Source of the DNA: an uncultured Collinsella sp.
GTDB lineage: Bacteria > Actinomycetota > Coriobacteriia > Coriobacteriales > Coriobacteriaceae
DNA: 64,000 bases
Direction of reading: 5' to 3'
Assembly: GCA_900541245.1 (NCBI GenBank)
Contig: UQIS01000001.1
Span: forward strand, 25,495 to 89,494
A program made the position numbers and the translations under genes. The notes beneath the pieces were generated by a model. The model made no database searches, had not been told where the DNA came from, and saw only the letters and a list, made by a program, of their open reading frames with translations. This document shows positions 27,804 to 37,401 of this stretch, piece after piece (position 1 is the stretch's first letter; every line of letters starts with the position of its first letter).

Positions 27804-30485
27804 ATGGCACAGACCACGACAGATACCGCCGCCAGCACCGTCTCCGGCGCCGGCGCCGCCAGCTCATTCTCGGGCGGCACGGGAACCGAAGCCGAGTTTG
27901 GCTCGCTCGGCGCGCTCTCCCCCACCTGGTGGAAGCCCGAGGACGGCAGCGAGCCCGAACCGTGGCTCACGCCCGATCAAGCCTTCGAACGCTTCTTTGA
28001 ATGGACGAGCGATCGCGGCATTGAACTGTGGGATCACCAAGAAGAGGCCCTCATGGACCTGGCTGCCGGCGATCACGTCATTTTAGGCACACCGACCGGA
28101 TCGGGTAAATCGCTCGTCGCGCTGGGCATGCTCTTTATGGGCATGGCGCAGGGCAAGCGCTGCTACTACACGGCTCCCATCAAGGCTCTGGTCAGCGAGA
28201 AGTTTTTCGACCTTGTGCAGGTGCTCGGCCGCGATAACGTAGGCATGATTACCGGCGACACGCATATCAACACCAAGGCACCCGTCATCTGCTGCACGGC
28301 AGAGATCCTTGCCAACGACGCACTGCGCGAGAGCGAAGATGCCGACGTGGGCTGCGTGGCCATGGACGAGTTCCACTACTTTGCCGACCCCGACCGCGGT
28401 TGGGCTTGGCAGGTGCCGCTGCTCACCCTGCCCCACACGCAATTCATGCTCATGAGCGCCACGCTCGGCGATGTCACTGCCATCGCCGCCTCACTCGAGG
28501 AACACACCGGTGCTACCTGCGACTTGGTCGTCGATGCCCCGCGCCCCGTGCCGCTGAGCTACGACTACGTGACGACCTCCCTCGAGGGCACGGTCGAGCT
28601 CGCCATGCGCCGCGGCGAGGCCCCGCTCTATATCGTGCACTTTAGCCAGGATGCCGCCCTTGCAACGGCACAGTCGCTCGCCAATTTTGGCATCGCCAGC
28701 AAGGAGCAGCGCGAGGCCATCAAAGAAGCGGCAAAGGGGACGAGCTTCTCCACGGCCTTTGGTAAGATTCTCAAACGCCTGGTTGGATGCGGCGTCGGCG
28801 TGCACCATGCCGGCATGTTGCCGCGCTATCGCCTGCTGGTGGAGCGCCTGGCGCAGCAGGGCCTGCTGCCCGTCATCTGCGGCACCGATACGCTCGGCGT
28901 CGGCATCAACGTACCCATCCACACCGTGGTACTCACCGCGCTCACCAAGTTCGACGGCTACAAGATGCGTCGCCTGCGCGCCCGCGAGTTCCATCAGATT
29001 GCCGGTCGCGCCGGCCGCTCGGACTTCGATACCGAGGGCATGGTCATCGCCGAGGCCCCGGAGCACGAGATCGAGAACGCCAAACTCATGGCCAAGGCGG
29101 GCGACGACCCCAAGAAGCTCCGCAAGATTAAAAAGAAGAAGGCCCCCGAGGGCTTTGTCACCTGGAACAAGCAGACCTTTGAGCGCCTGATCGAGACGCA
29201 GCCCGAGACGCTCAAGCCGCGCCTTCGCATCACGCACTCCATGGTGATTAGCGTGGTCGAGCAGGGCGGCGATGCCCGAGCCCGCGTACACGACCTCATC
29301 GAGACGAGCTTGCAGACCCCCGAGGAAAAGGCCAAGCTCGAGGTTCGCGCCGACGAAATCTTCGCCACGCTCATCGATTCCGGCGTCGTCGTTCGCACCG
29401 AGGTGCCGCCCGCGCCCGACGCCCCGACTGACGCCGCGCTAGACATCGACTATGCACTGACGGTCGATCTGCCCGAGGACTTTGCGCTCGACCAGCCGCT
29501 CTCGCCGTTTTTGCTTGCCGCGCTGGAGCTGCTCGACCCCGAGAGTGAGACCTATACCATGGATCTGATCTCGATGGTCGAGGCAACGCTCGAGGACCCC
29601 AAGCAGGTATTGCGCGCGCAGGAGCGCGCCGCGCGCGACCGCGCGATGGCCGAAATGAAGGCTGACGGCGTCGAATATGAGGAGCGCCTGGAGCGCATCC
29701 AGGATGTCACCTACGAAAAGCCGCTCGAGGACTTGCTCGATGCCGCCTTCGACAAGTACTGCCAAGAAGTACCTTGGGCCAACGACTACCAGCTCTCGCC
29801 CAAGAGCGTCCTGCGCGACATGCTGGAGAGCGCGAGCGACTTTAAGGGCTATATCCAAAAGCTCGGCATCGCCCGCTCCGAGGGCATTTTGTTGCGTTAC
29901 CTGGCAGAGGCCTACCGTTCACTCGACCGCACCGTGCCCATCGAGAAGCGCGACGAGCGCCTGCGCGACATTATCTCGTGGCTGGGCTTTGTGGTGCGCT
30001 CGGTGGACTCGAGCCTGGTGGATGAGTGGGAGAACGCCGGCAACCCGGCAGCCCTCGATGCTGCGCCGCCGCAGGGCATCGACGAGGTCGTGGCGGACCG
30101 TCGCGGCTGCACGCTATTGGTGCGCAACGCGCTCTTCCGCCGCGTGACCCTTGCCGCCCGCGAGCACGTTCGCGACCTGGGCGAGCTCGACGACGACTGG
30201 GGCATGAGCGAGATCCGCTGGCAAAAAGCACTCGACGCTTACCAAGAGCAGCACGAGGAAATCCTCACCGACGGAGATGCCCGCAGCGCCGCGATGTTTT
30301 CCATTGACGAGTCCGACGAGAAGACCGCGCACGTATGGCACGTGCACCAGATCTTTGCCGACGAGGATGGCGACCACGATTTTGGCATCATGGGCGATGT
30401 CGATCTGGACGCCACGCAAGACGGCGGCGAGGTCATCTTCAAAAACTACCGCGTCGGCTTTATCGAGGACCTGCTCGAGGACTAG
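27804..30485 (+). CDS. superfamily-2 DEAD/DEAH-box helicase with long C-terminal domain (DUF3516-type architecture)
   Basis: Internal ATG at 27804 (MAQTTTD...). The upstream in-frame part overlaps the MITE. Motif I (GTPTGSGKS), motif II (VAMDEFHYF), motif III (LMSATLGD) and a helicase-C region. Confidence 0.75.
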   Translation: MAQTTTDTAASTVSGAGAASSFSGGTGTEAEFGSLGALSPTWWKPEDGSEPEPWLTPDQAFERFFEWTSDRGIELWDHQEEALMDLAAGDHVILGTPTGSGKSLVALGMLFMGMAQGKRCYYTAPIKALVSEKFFDLVQVLGRDNVGMITGDTHINTKAPVICCTAEILANDALRESEDADVGCVAMDEFHYFADPDRGWAWQVPLLTLPHTQFMLMSATLGDVTAIAASLEEHTGATCDLVVDAPRPVPLSYDYVTTSLEGTVELAMRRGEAPLYIVHFSQDAALATAQSLANFGIASKEQREAIKEAAKGTSFSTAFGKILKRLVGCGVGVHHAGMLPRYRLLVERLAQQGLLPVICGTDTLGVGINVPIHTVVLTALTKFDGYKMRRLRAREFHQIAGRAGRSDFDTEGMVIAEAPEHEIENAKLMAKAGDDPKKLRKIKKKKAPEGFVTWNKQTFERLIETQPETLKPRLRITHSMVISVVEQGGDARARVHDLIETSLQTPEEKAKLEVRADEIFATLIDSGVVVRTEVPPAPDAPTDAALDIDYALTVDLPEDFALDQPLSPFLLAALELLDPESETYTMDLISMVEATLEDPKQVLRAQERAARDRAMAEMKADGVEYEERLERIQDVTYEKPLEDLLDAAFDKYCQEVPWANDYQLSPKSVLRDMLESASDFKGYIQKLGIARSEGILLRYLAEAYRSLDRTVPIEKRDERLRDIISWLGFVVRSVDSSLVDEWENAGNPAALDAAPPQGIDEVVADRRGCTLLVRNALFRRVTLAAREHVRDLGELDDDWGMSEIRWQKALDAYQEQHEEILTDGDARSAAMFSIDESDEKTAHVWHVHQIFADEDGDHDFGIMGDVDLDATQDGGEVIFKNYRVGFIEDLLED

Positions 30486-30509
30486 CCGAACATACTGGAA
30501 CGAAACGAA

Positions 30510-30547
30510 GCGGGGCCGCTGGCAATATAGCCAGCGGCCCCGCTTTT
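30510..30547. terminator. bidirectional terminator between convergent helicase and DUF2130 genes
   Basis: 13-bp perfect stem GCGGGGCCGCTGG / CCAGCGGCCCCGC followed by TTTT. Confidence 0.55.
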
Positions 30548-30564
30548 GCGCGATACGCTATCCC

Positions 30565-32322
30565 CTACTCGGTATCCTCGACCTCATACGAATCCGCCTC
30601 GGCTGGCTCATCGTTTGTCTCTGTCGCAGCCCCGCGCGCCTCGTCAAACGCGGCCTTCATGGTCTTGTTGCCCCACGTGAGCTTGCGAATGGTAAGATCG
30701 TCGGCCTTCTTGTTGGCTAGGCGCAGATTGTTCTCGGAGGACAGCAACGCCTCCTTGGTTTTCTGCAGATGGCTAATCGTCTTGTCGATCTCATCAATCG
30801 CCGTTTGGAACTTGCGGCTCGCGATCTCGTAGTTGCGACCGAAATCATTCTTGAACTTTTCCATCTTGGCTTCGAAGTTCGTGACGTCGATATTCTGCTG
30901 TTTGTACTCCGCCAGTTCCTGCTTATAGCGCAGCGAACCCATGGCGGCGTTGCGAAGAAGCGTGATCATGGGAATAAAGAACTGTGGGCGAATCACGTAC
31001 ATCTTCTCGTAGCGATAGCTCACGTCCACGATGCCGGCGTTGTAAAGCTCGCTCTCGGGCTCGAGCAGCGTGCAGAGCACCGCGTACTCACAGCCTTTCT
31101 GGCGACGATCGTGATCGAGTTTCTTAAAGAAGTCCTCGTTTTTATGCTTGGTCGCGGTCTCGTCGTTCTCGTTTTTCATCTCGAACATAATCGAAATGAC
31201 CTCGTTGCCGCTTGCGTCGCACTCGCGGAAGATAAAGTCGCCCTTGGTACCCTCGGACGCATCGTTATCTTTCTCGAAGTACGCGTTAGGAAACGCCGTC
31301 ATGCGCAGGCGATTGAACTCGGTCTCGCAGTGCTGCTCGAGTGACTCGCCCACCATCTTGGTGGACAGGCGGACCTTCATGTCCTTAAGGCGCTCAATCT
31401 CTTCATCCTTGTAGCGAATCAGGTCATCGCTCGCGCGCTTGGCCTGCGCGAGCTCGAGCTCATGCGCCGCCTTGGCCTGTTCCTCGCGAGAATCGCGCAC
31501 CGCCAGCTCACTCGTCAGCTTGGCACGTGCCTCATCGCGCTCTCGCTCCGCCGCGGCGACCGCCTCTGACAGGTTCATTTTTGCCATCAGTTCCTGCTCG
31601 CGCAGCTGGGCACGCAGACCCTCGGCCTCTTGCTCAGATTGTGCCTTTGCGACGGAAAACTTCTCCTGTACCGTCGCGCGGTAGTCAGCAAGCACGCGCT
31701 CGGCCTCGCTGCGAGCGGCATCGAGCTCACGCTGCGACTCTGCCGCGGCAGCGGCAAGCGCCATCTCCTGGGCCTTGTCAGCCGCGGCAAGCCTGGCCTG
31801 CAGCTCGGCAATCTGAGCATCACGTGCAGCTAAATCGTTTTGAGCAGCGTTGCGCGCCGCCGACTCGGCAAGCTTGGCTTCGTCATCTTTGCATCCCAGC
31901 TGCGCACGCAAATTGTCGATCTCGCGCTGAAGCTCAGCATTCTCCTTCTGAGCATCGGCACGGGCCTCAACCGCCGCACGCTGACTTGCGCTCTCGCGCT
32001 CTGCGGCAGCGCCCTCGAGCTTGGCGCGCAACTCGGCAAGCTCGGCATCGCGCTTGGCGACCTCTTGTGCCAGCTGCTGAGCTGCAGCGTTCTTCTGCTC
32101 GACAAGCTGAGCGTTGCGCTGAGACTCTGCCTTTTGCAAGGCAGCCGTCGAACGCGAGCGCTCAAGCTCCAGCGCCTGCTCGCCCTCGCGCTGGACCGCC
32201 TTCACACGCTCGTCCAGGTCGCGCGAAAACTCGGCATCGCGTACTTGCTTGACGATATCCGCATAGCCGGACGCATCGACCTTAAAAACTTCGCCGCAAT
32301 GCGGGCACTTAATCTCGTTCAT
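30565..32322 (-). CDS. DUF2130-family protein: N-terminal Zn-ribbon, long coiled coil, C-terminal putative PD-(D/E)xK nuclease-like domain
   Basis: [16 protein letters not shown] zinc ribbon. About 300 aa of Ala/Glu/Arg/Gln-rich heptad-like sequence. C-terminal GESLEQ...KGDFIFRE...[10 protein letters not shown], which fits an E-D-ExK pattern. Confidence 0.6.
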   Translation of the reverse strand: MNEIKCPHCGEVFKVDASGYADIVKQVRDAEFSRDLDERVKAVQREGEQALELERSRSTAALQKAESQRNAQLVEQKNAAAQQLAQEVAKRDAELAELRAKLEGAAAERESASQRAAVEARADAQKENAELQREIDNLRAQLGCKDDEAKLAESAARNAAQNDLAARDAQIAELQARLAAADKAQEMALAAAAAESQRELDAARSEAERVLADYRATVQEKFSVAKAQSEQEAEGLRAQLREQELMAKMNLSEAVAAAERERDEARAKLTSELAVRDSREEQAKAAHELELAQAKRASDDLIRYKDEEIERLKDMKVRLSTKMVGESLEQHCETEFNRLRMTAFPNAYFEKDNDASEGTKGDFIFRECDASGNEVISIMFEMKNENDETATKHKNEDFFKKLDHDRRQKGCEYAVLCTLLEPESELYNAGIVDVSYRYEKMYVIRPQFFIPMITLLRNAAMGSLRYKQELAEYKQQNIDVTNFEAKMEKFKNDFGRNYEIASRKFQTAIDEIDKTISHLQKTKEALLSSENNLRLANKKADDLTIRKLTWGNKTMKAAFDEARGAATETNDEPAEADSYEVEDTE

Positions 32323-32380
32323 AGCAGCTCCTCGATGGACGCAAATTTCGACCGCCTACACTCTACCGCGCCGCACGGAC

Positions 32381-32462
32381 AAAAAAGGCGCCGCTGCCAT
32401 AATGGCAACGGCGCCAGAGCCACCACAAAGGTGCCTGTCCCCTTTGTGGTGGCTCTGGCGCC
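32381..32462 (-). terminator. tandem hairpins (22-bp perfect stem plus a short stem with T-tract) between phosphoesterase and DUF2130 genes
   Basis: GGCGCCAGAGCCACCACAAAGG / CCTTTGTGGTGGCTCTGGCGCC. Then GGCGCCG...CGGCGCC followed on the minus strand by TTTTTTG. Confidence 0.5.
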
Positions 32463-33008
32463 CTATAACCCAAAGAAGCTAAGAATCTGATCACGGCTTA
32501 CGGGCTTGTACTCGTTGGCATCGAGACCGACATCGTAGCGAAAGATAGGGCGCTCGCGATCGCGGTTGCGCACGTTGGTGCGGTCTCCCCTGCTGTGGAT
32601 ATGCCCGTGCAGCATGACGGCGCCACGCGCCTTGCCGTTCCAGCTGAGCATGGGGTAATGGCTCAACACCAGGCGATGGCCCTTGGCATAGCCGGGAGCA
32701 ATCTCCAGGTAATCGCGCACGTCTTCCCAAATCTGCGGTACGTCGGGATCTTCCCAGTCGCCGTCATGGTTACCACGGATGAGCGTCACGTTCTGACATT
32801 CGATACGCTCGCGCAGACGCACCGCCTCCGCCAGGGGCAAACGATAGGTAAAGTCTCCCAAGATATAGAGACGGTCGTCCGCCGCCACGCACTCATTGAC
32901 GGCATCGATGACCTTGCGGTTCATCTCCTCGACCGAATCAAACGGCCGATCCATATCGTGCAAGATATTCGTATCGCCCAGGTGCAGGTCGGCGGTAAAC
33001 CACATCAT
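32463..33008 (-). CDS. calcineurin-like metallophosphoesterase (YfcE/MJ0936-type)
   Basis: Motifs DLHLGD, ILGDF, RGNHD, HGHIH. 181 aa. Confidence 0.75.
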   Translation of the reverse strand: MMWFTADLHLGDTNILHDMDRPFDSVEEMNRKVIDAVNECVAADDRLYILGDFTYRLPLAEAVRLRERIECQNVTLIRGNHDGDWEDPDVPQIWEDVRDYLEIAPGYAKGHRLVLSHYPMLSWNGKARGAVMLHGHIHSRGDRTNVRNRDRERPIFRYDVGLDANEYKPVSRDQILSFFGL

Positions 33009-33074
33009 CGTCTATGTCCTCATTTCGCAACGCGTCAAACTCGTGCTAAGTATACAGACACAGCGATACGGCGG

Positions 33075-33254
33075 TTAGCCAAAGAGCCCGCCGAACGGGC
33101 CGCGACTGCGTTTGCCTTGCTTTTTCGAAGCGTTACCCTGAGTTTTCTTGTCCCGCCGTTTCTTACGGTCCTGTTCCAGATCATCGTCGTCGAGCAGCAG
33201 ATCCCACTCAAACGGATCATCCGTTAAATCGAACAGGTCATCGTCGTCAAACAT
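33075..33254 (-). CDS. small (59 aa) acidic-then-basic hypothetical protein
   Basis: AAGGGAAG RBS 5 nt upstream of the ATG. Sequence MFDDDDLFDLTDDPFEWDLLLDDDDLEQDRKKRRDKKTQGNASKKQGKRSRGPFGGLFG. Lies between the HIRAN and phosphoesterase genes. Below the ORF-track length cut-off. Confidence 0.3.
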   Translation of the reverse strand: MFDDDDLFDLTDDPFEWDLLLDDDDLEQDRKKRRDKKTQGNASKKQGKRSRGPFGGLFG

Positions 33255-33272
33255 GGCAGCTTCCCTTACCGA

Positions 33273-33599
33273 CTAGCGAGCATCCACCACATAGAGCCCA
33301 ACGCGCACCTGATGCCACGGGCTGCGCTCGGGGGCAACCTGTTGCACACGGGCCTCAAATACGTCCTCGTGGCCGTAATACATCATCAAGGACAGTGGGC
33401 CGACCTCGTTTCCCGGAACGTAGCCAAGTTTGGTCTTGCCATAGTAGATAGCAACTGCCTCGGGGTCATGGGGATTATCGCGCTCGGCACACAGCGTCAG
33501 TTTATCGCCCGCTTTAAGATCGCCTAGGACCAAAGCGCCATCGGCATACTGAAATCCTGCAATGTGAAATGACAGAAGAACACGTGAAGGCTCGTACAT
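33273..33599 (-). CDS. standalone HIRAN-domain protein
   Basis: HIAGFQYADG...GDKLTLCAERDNPHDPEAVAIYYGKTKLGYVP...PLSLMM matches the HIRAN core pattern (GxxY...L.RE.xNxxDxNA..V......lGYv). 108 aa. Confidence 0.65.
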   Translation of the reverse strand: MYEPSRVLLSFHIAGFQYADGALVLGDLKAGDKLTLCAERDNPHDPEAVAIYYGKTKLGYVPGNEVGPLSLMMYYGHEDVFEARVQQVAPERSPWHQVRVGLYVVDAR

Positions 33600-33721
33600 A
33601 GCAACTCCCCTAACGGCCGGATAAACCGGCGCTTAACCTTATTGAGAAGTCTACGAACTCGTGCGGACACAAATTCATCCCGCCTGTGCCTTTCGACCGT
33701 TTGTCGCTACGCCATCTGATT

Positions 33722-35101
33722 CTAATGCACAAACATGCGCACGAATTTGTGCTTCCAGCTTGCGTAGGGCGCATACCGAAACGGCACGTCCAGCCAGGTT
33801 GCCTTGTTCACGATGCTCTTCTTGTGGCTAAACGTATCGAAGCTCTCGCGGCCATGGTACTGCCCCATACCGCTCGCGCCCATGCCGCCAAAGCCCATAT
33901 GGCTCGTAGCCAAGTGCATGATGGTGTCGTTGACGCAGCCGCCGCCAAAGGGCACGTAGCGCACAAAGCGTTGCTGAACCGAACGGTCCTGGCTAAAGAT
34001 ATACAGGGCCAGCGGCGTCGGACGATCCGTAATAAACGCTTCGGCCTCGTCAAGGCTCTCAAACGTCAGCACTGGCAAAATGGGGCCGAAGATCTCCTCC
34101 TGCATCACGGCGTCATCGGGGGACACGCCGTCCAAAATCGTCGGCTCGATCTTGAGCGAGGCCTCGCGCGCGGTACCTCCAAGCACGACCTTATCGGGAT
34201 CGATCAGCCCGCGCACGCGCGCAAAATGCTTGGCGTTGACAATATGACCGTAGTCCTCGTTATCGAGCGGATACTCGCCAAACATACGGCGGACCTCCTC
34301 CTTGATGAGGCCCAGCAGCTCGTCGTGCACGCGCGTATCGACCAGCAGGTAGTCGGGCGCCACGCAGGTCTGCCCCACGTTGAGCCATTTACCAAAGGCG
34401 ATACGCCGTGCCGCAACCTTCAAGTTTGCCGTCGCATCCACGATGCAGGGACTCTTTCCGCCCAGCTCAAGCGTCACAGGCGTAAGGTTTTTACTTGCGC
34501 GCTCCATAACGAGTTTGCCGACCGGAACGCTACCGGTAAAGAAGATCTTGTCCCAGTGCTCATCGAGCAGCGCTTCGTTCTCGGCGCGCCCGCCCTCGAC
34601 AACCGTCACCAGGCGCGGATCAAATGCCTCTTCACAGATTTGCCTGAGCACCGCGCTCGATGCCGGAGCATAGGCGCTCGGCTTGATGACCACGGTATTG
34701 CCCGCGGCAAGGGCGCCAGCGAGCGGCTCGAGCGTCAGCAAAAACGGATAGTTCCAGGGCGCCATGATGAGCGTGACGCCATAGGGCACGGTTTGCGTTT
34801 TGCACACGCTCACGGCGTTAGCGAGGTCGCACGGACGCAGGCGCGGACGACTCCATCGAACCACGTGAGCGATCTGATGTCGAATCTCGGAAAGCGATGT
34901 GCCAATCTCGCACATATAGGCCTCGTCATGCGACTTTCCCAAATCGGTCTTGAGCGCATGAGCGATATCGGCCTCGTGGGCCCGCACCGCATCGCGTAAA
35001 CTCACGAGCGCGCGACGTCGAGCATCGACATCAAACGTGGCGTGCGTCTTAAAGTAGGCGCGCTGATCGCCGACGATGCGCGCAATTTCCTCGGTGTTCA
35101 T
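33722..35101 (-). CDS. NAD(P)-dependent aldehyde dehydrogenase (class 3-like)
   Basis: ELGGKSP motif and catalytic Cys context GQTCVAPDY. 459 aa. Confidence 0.85.
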   Translation of the reverse strand: MNTEEIARIVGDQRAYFKTHATFDVDARRRALVSLRDAVRAHEADIAHALKTDLGKSHDEAYMCEIGTSLSEIRHQIAHVVRWSRPRLRPCDLANAVSVCKTQTVPYGVTLIMAPWNYPFLLTLEPLAGALAAGNTVVIKPSAYAPASSAVLRQICEEAFDPRLVTVVEGGRAENEALLDEHWDKIFFTGSVPVGKLVMERASKNLTPVTLELGGKSPCIVDATANLKVAARRIAFGKWLNVGQTCVAPDYLLVDTRVHDELLGLIKEEVRRMFGEYPLDNEDYGHIVNAKHFARVRGLIDPDKVVLGGTAREASLKIEPTILDGVSPDDAVMQEEIFGPILPVLTFESLDEAEAFITDRPTPLALYIFSQDRSVQQRFVRYVPFGGGCVNDTIMHLATSHMGFGGMGASGMGQYHGRESFDTFSHKKSIVNKATWLDVPFRYAPYASWKHKFVRMFVH

Positions 35102-35110
35102 GGCACCCTC

Positions 35111-36331
35111 CTAGTTCTCGTCCTCAAACATACCACCCGCGACGACCTCGTACATATGCTCGAGCTCCGAGCGGTCCATCAAAAGTGGAACGGGGTACAG
35201 GGGATTGGCCTCGGCATCGGCATGGGCCGCCATTTGCGGAATATCGGAGCGGCGAATACCCGAGACATATTTGGGGATTCCCAGGGCCTCGTTCATGCGG
35301 TCGACCCAATCGATAAAGGCCTCGGCCGCAAGACTGTCCTGCGCGGTAGCCGGCGCAATGCCCGCCATGCGAGCAAGATCGGCAAGCTTGGGGGCGGCGG
35401 CGTCACCATAAGCGCGAAGCATGTGCGGCAGGATGATCGCGTTGGCCAAACCGTGCGGAATTCCGTATCGGCCGCCTAGACTGTGCGCGATGGCATGAAC
35501 GTATCCAACATAGGAGCGCGTAAAGGCAACTCCCGCCTTATACGCCGCCGAAAGCATATTGCGACGCGCACGCATGTCGTCGCCATGCTCATAGGCCTCG
35601 AGCAAATTGTCGTGGATGAGCTGCACCGCCTGTCGCGCCATCTTGCGCGTATAGGGCGTGGTGCTTCGCCCGATAAACGCCTCGACGGCATGCGTCAGGG
35701 CGTCCATGCCCGTCTGCCCCGTAATGGAGGCGGGCAGACCGCGCGTAAACTCGGGGTCGTGCGCCGCAAAGCGCGGGATAAGCACAAAGTCGTTAATGGG
35801 ATACTTGTAGTGCGTCTCGTCATCGGTAATTACCGCCGCGAGCGTGACCTCGCTTCCCGTGCCCGCCGTGGTGGGAACGGCGATGAGCAGCGGCAGGCGA
35901 CGATGAATCCGCAGCAGCCCGCGCATCTTGTTGATGGGCTTGCTTGGCTGCGCAATGCGTGCGCCCACGCCCTTGGCGCAGTCCATGGCTGATCCTCCGC
36001 CAAAACCGATAATGGCCTGGCAGGCGCGCTCTCGATACAGGGACGCCGCCTCCTCCACATTCGAGACCGTGGGGTTCGCACGCGTTTCGGCATAGACCGT
36101 AACGCCAATCCCCTGAGCCGTAAGCGCACGCTCGAGTGATGCCGTGAGTCCCAAACGTGCAATACCAGGGTCTGTCACGATAAGGACCTTCTGGATCGAG
36201 CGCTTTTGAAGCACCGCGGGCACATCCTCGGCATGCTCCAGAATGCGCGGCTCGGTATAGGGCAGGATCGGCAATGCAATGCGAAAAACCGTCTGATATG
36301 TTCGGCACCAGGCACGACGGGCTAGATGCAT
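35111..36331 (-). CDS. iron-containing (group III) alcohol dehydrogenase
   Basis: An internal ATG with AAGGAG RBS at 36331 gives a 406-aa protein. GGGSAMD NAD-binding motif and His-rich metal site (HAIAHSLGG...PHG). Confidence 0.8.
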   Translation of the reverse strand: MHLARRAWCRTYQTVFRIALPILPYTEPRILEHAEDVPAVLQKRSIQKVLIVTDPGIARLGLTASLERALTAQGIGVTVYAETRANPTVSNVEEAASLYRERACQAIIGFGGGSAMDCAKGVGARIAQPSKPINKMRGLLRIHRRLPLLIAVPTTAGTGSEVTLAAVITDDETHYKYPINDFVLIPRFAAHDPEFTRGLPASITGQTGMDALTHAVEAFIGRSTTPYTRKMARQAVQLIHDNLLEAYEHGDDMRARRNMLSAAYKAGVAFTRSYVGYVHAIAHSLGGRYGIPHGLANAIILPHMLRAYGDAAAPKLADLARMAGIAPATAQDSLAAEAFIDWVDRMNEALGIPKYVSGIRRSDIPQMAAHADAEANPLYPVPLLMDRSELEHMYEVVAGGMFEDEN

Positions 36332-36587
36332 AAAGGAAACTCCTTCATTTGTTGATAGGTCAACATTTGCTCGCCCGATTGTACTCAGCAAAAATCGCAG
36401 ACGGCCTCCCAATCGTTAATCAATCAACATCTTCATATCTCGAAATTGTTTTATTAAAAATCATTCCTAATAGGCTTCACATTTGGTTGCATTTATGGAT
36501 AATAGAACTCGTCAAGACGCACGTCCGGAGAGGGCCCTTACGGGACCGGACGAGCGCACAATCGCCATCGATCGAAAGGATCGAATC

Positions 36588-37148
36588 ATGAAGTTTGTTT
36601 GCCCCGTTTGCGGTTATGTGGAAGAGTTCGACGGCGACCAGCTGCCCGAGGACTTCAAGTGCCCCCAGTGCGGCGTTCCCGGTTCTCGTTTCCTGAAGCA
36701 GGAGGAGGGCCAGCTCGAGTGGGCTGCCGAGCACGTCGTGGGCATCGCCAAGATGGAGGGCGTCTCCGAGGACATCGTTGCCGACCTGCGCGCCAACTTT
36801 GAGGGCGAGTGCTCCGAGGTCGGTATGTACCTGGCCATGGCTCGCGTCGCCCATCGCGAGGGTTATCCCGAGATCGGCCTGTACTGGGAGAAGGCTGCCC
36901 ACGAGGAGGCCGAGCACGCCGCCAAGTTCGCTGAGCTCCTGGGCGAGGTCGTGACCGACTCCACCAAGAAGAACCTCGAGATGCGCGTTGAGGCCGAGAA
37001 CGGCGCCACCGCCGGCAAGACCGATCTTGCTAAGCGCGCCAAGGCCGCTGGCCTCGATGCCATCCACGACACCGTGCACGAGATGGCTCGCGACGAGGCT
37101 CGCCACGGCAAGGCTTTCGCCGGCCTGCTCAAGCGCTACTTCGGCTAA
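36588..37148 (+). CDS. reverse rubrerythrin (N-terminal rubredoxin-like CxxC pairs plus ferritin-like diiron domain)
   Basis: [11 protein letters not shown]...CPQCG, then E..EH diiron motifs ([14 protein letters not shown]). Start moved to an internal ATG with AAAGGA RBS. Confidence 0.8.
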   Translation: MKFVCPVCGYVEEFDGDQLPEDFKCPQCGVPGSRFLKQEEGQLEWAAEHVVGIAKMEGVSEDIVADLRANFEGECSEVGMYLAMARVAHREGYPEIGLYWEKAAHEEAEHAAKFAELLGEVVTDSTKKNLEMRVEAENGATAGKTDLAKRAKAAGLDAIHDTVHEMARDEARHGKAFAGLLKRYFG

Positions 37149-37183
37149 GCCAGCAACCTGAGACATAACCTCTAGCTCGATGA

Positions 37184-37213
37184 GGCCCGGACCGCATGGT
37201 TCGGGCCTTTTTC
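37184..37213 (+). terminator. rho-independent terminator after rubrerythrin
   Basis: GGCCCGGACC / GGTTCGGGCC stem (one G-U pair) followed by TTTTTCG. Confidence 0.5.
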
Positions 37214-37278
37214 GTGCCTCACAAACTTGTTAACTACCTGAAATAGGGCCGCCTTCGGCATCGGCTTCTCGTCAAAAA

Positions 37279-37401
37279 CTAAGTGAGTAGACTTTTTGGA
37301 ACTTGCCGAGCAGACCATCCATATCACTTTATAAAGCCGCAGGTAAATGCCTTGTTGCAAAACGACCTAGTCGCCAAAGTGCCAAAAGTCTACTCACTTA
37401 G
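37279..37401. mobile_element. MITE-like element copy 2
   Basis: TIRs CTAAGTGAGTAGACTTTTT (37279-37297) and AAAAGTCTACTCACTTAG (37384-37401). The interior is about 85% similar to copy 3. Confidence 0.6.
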
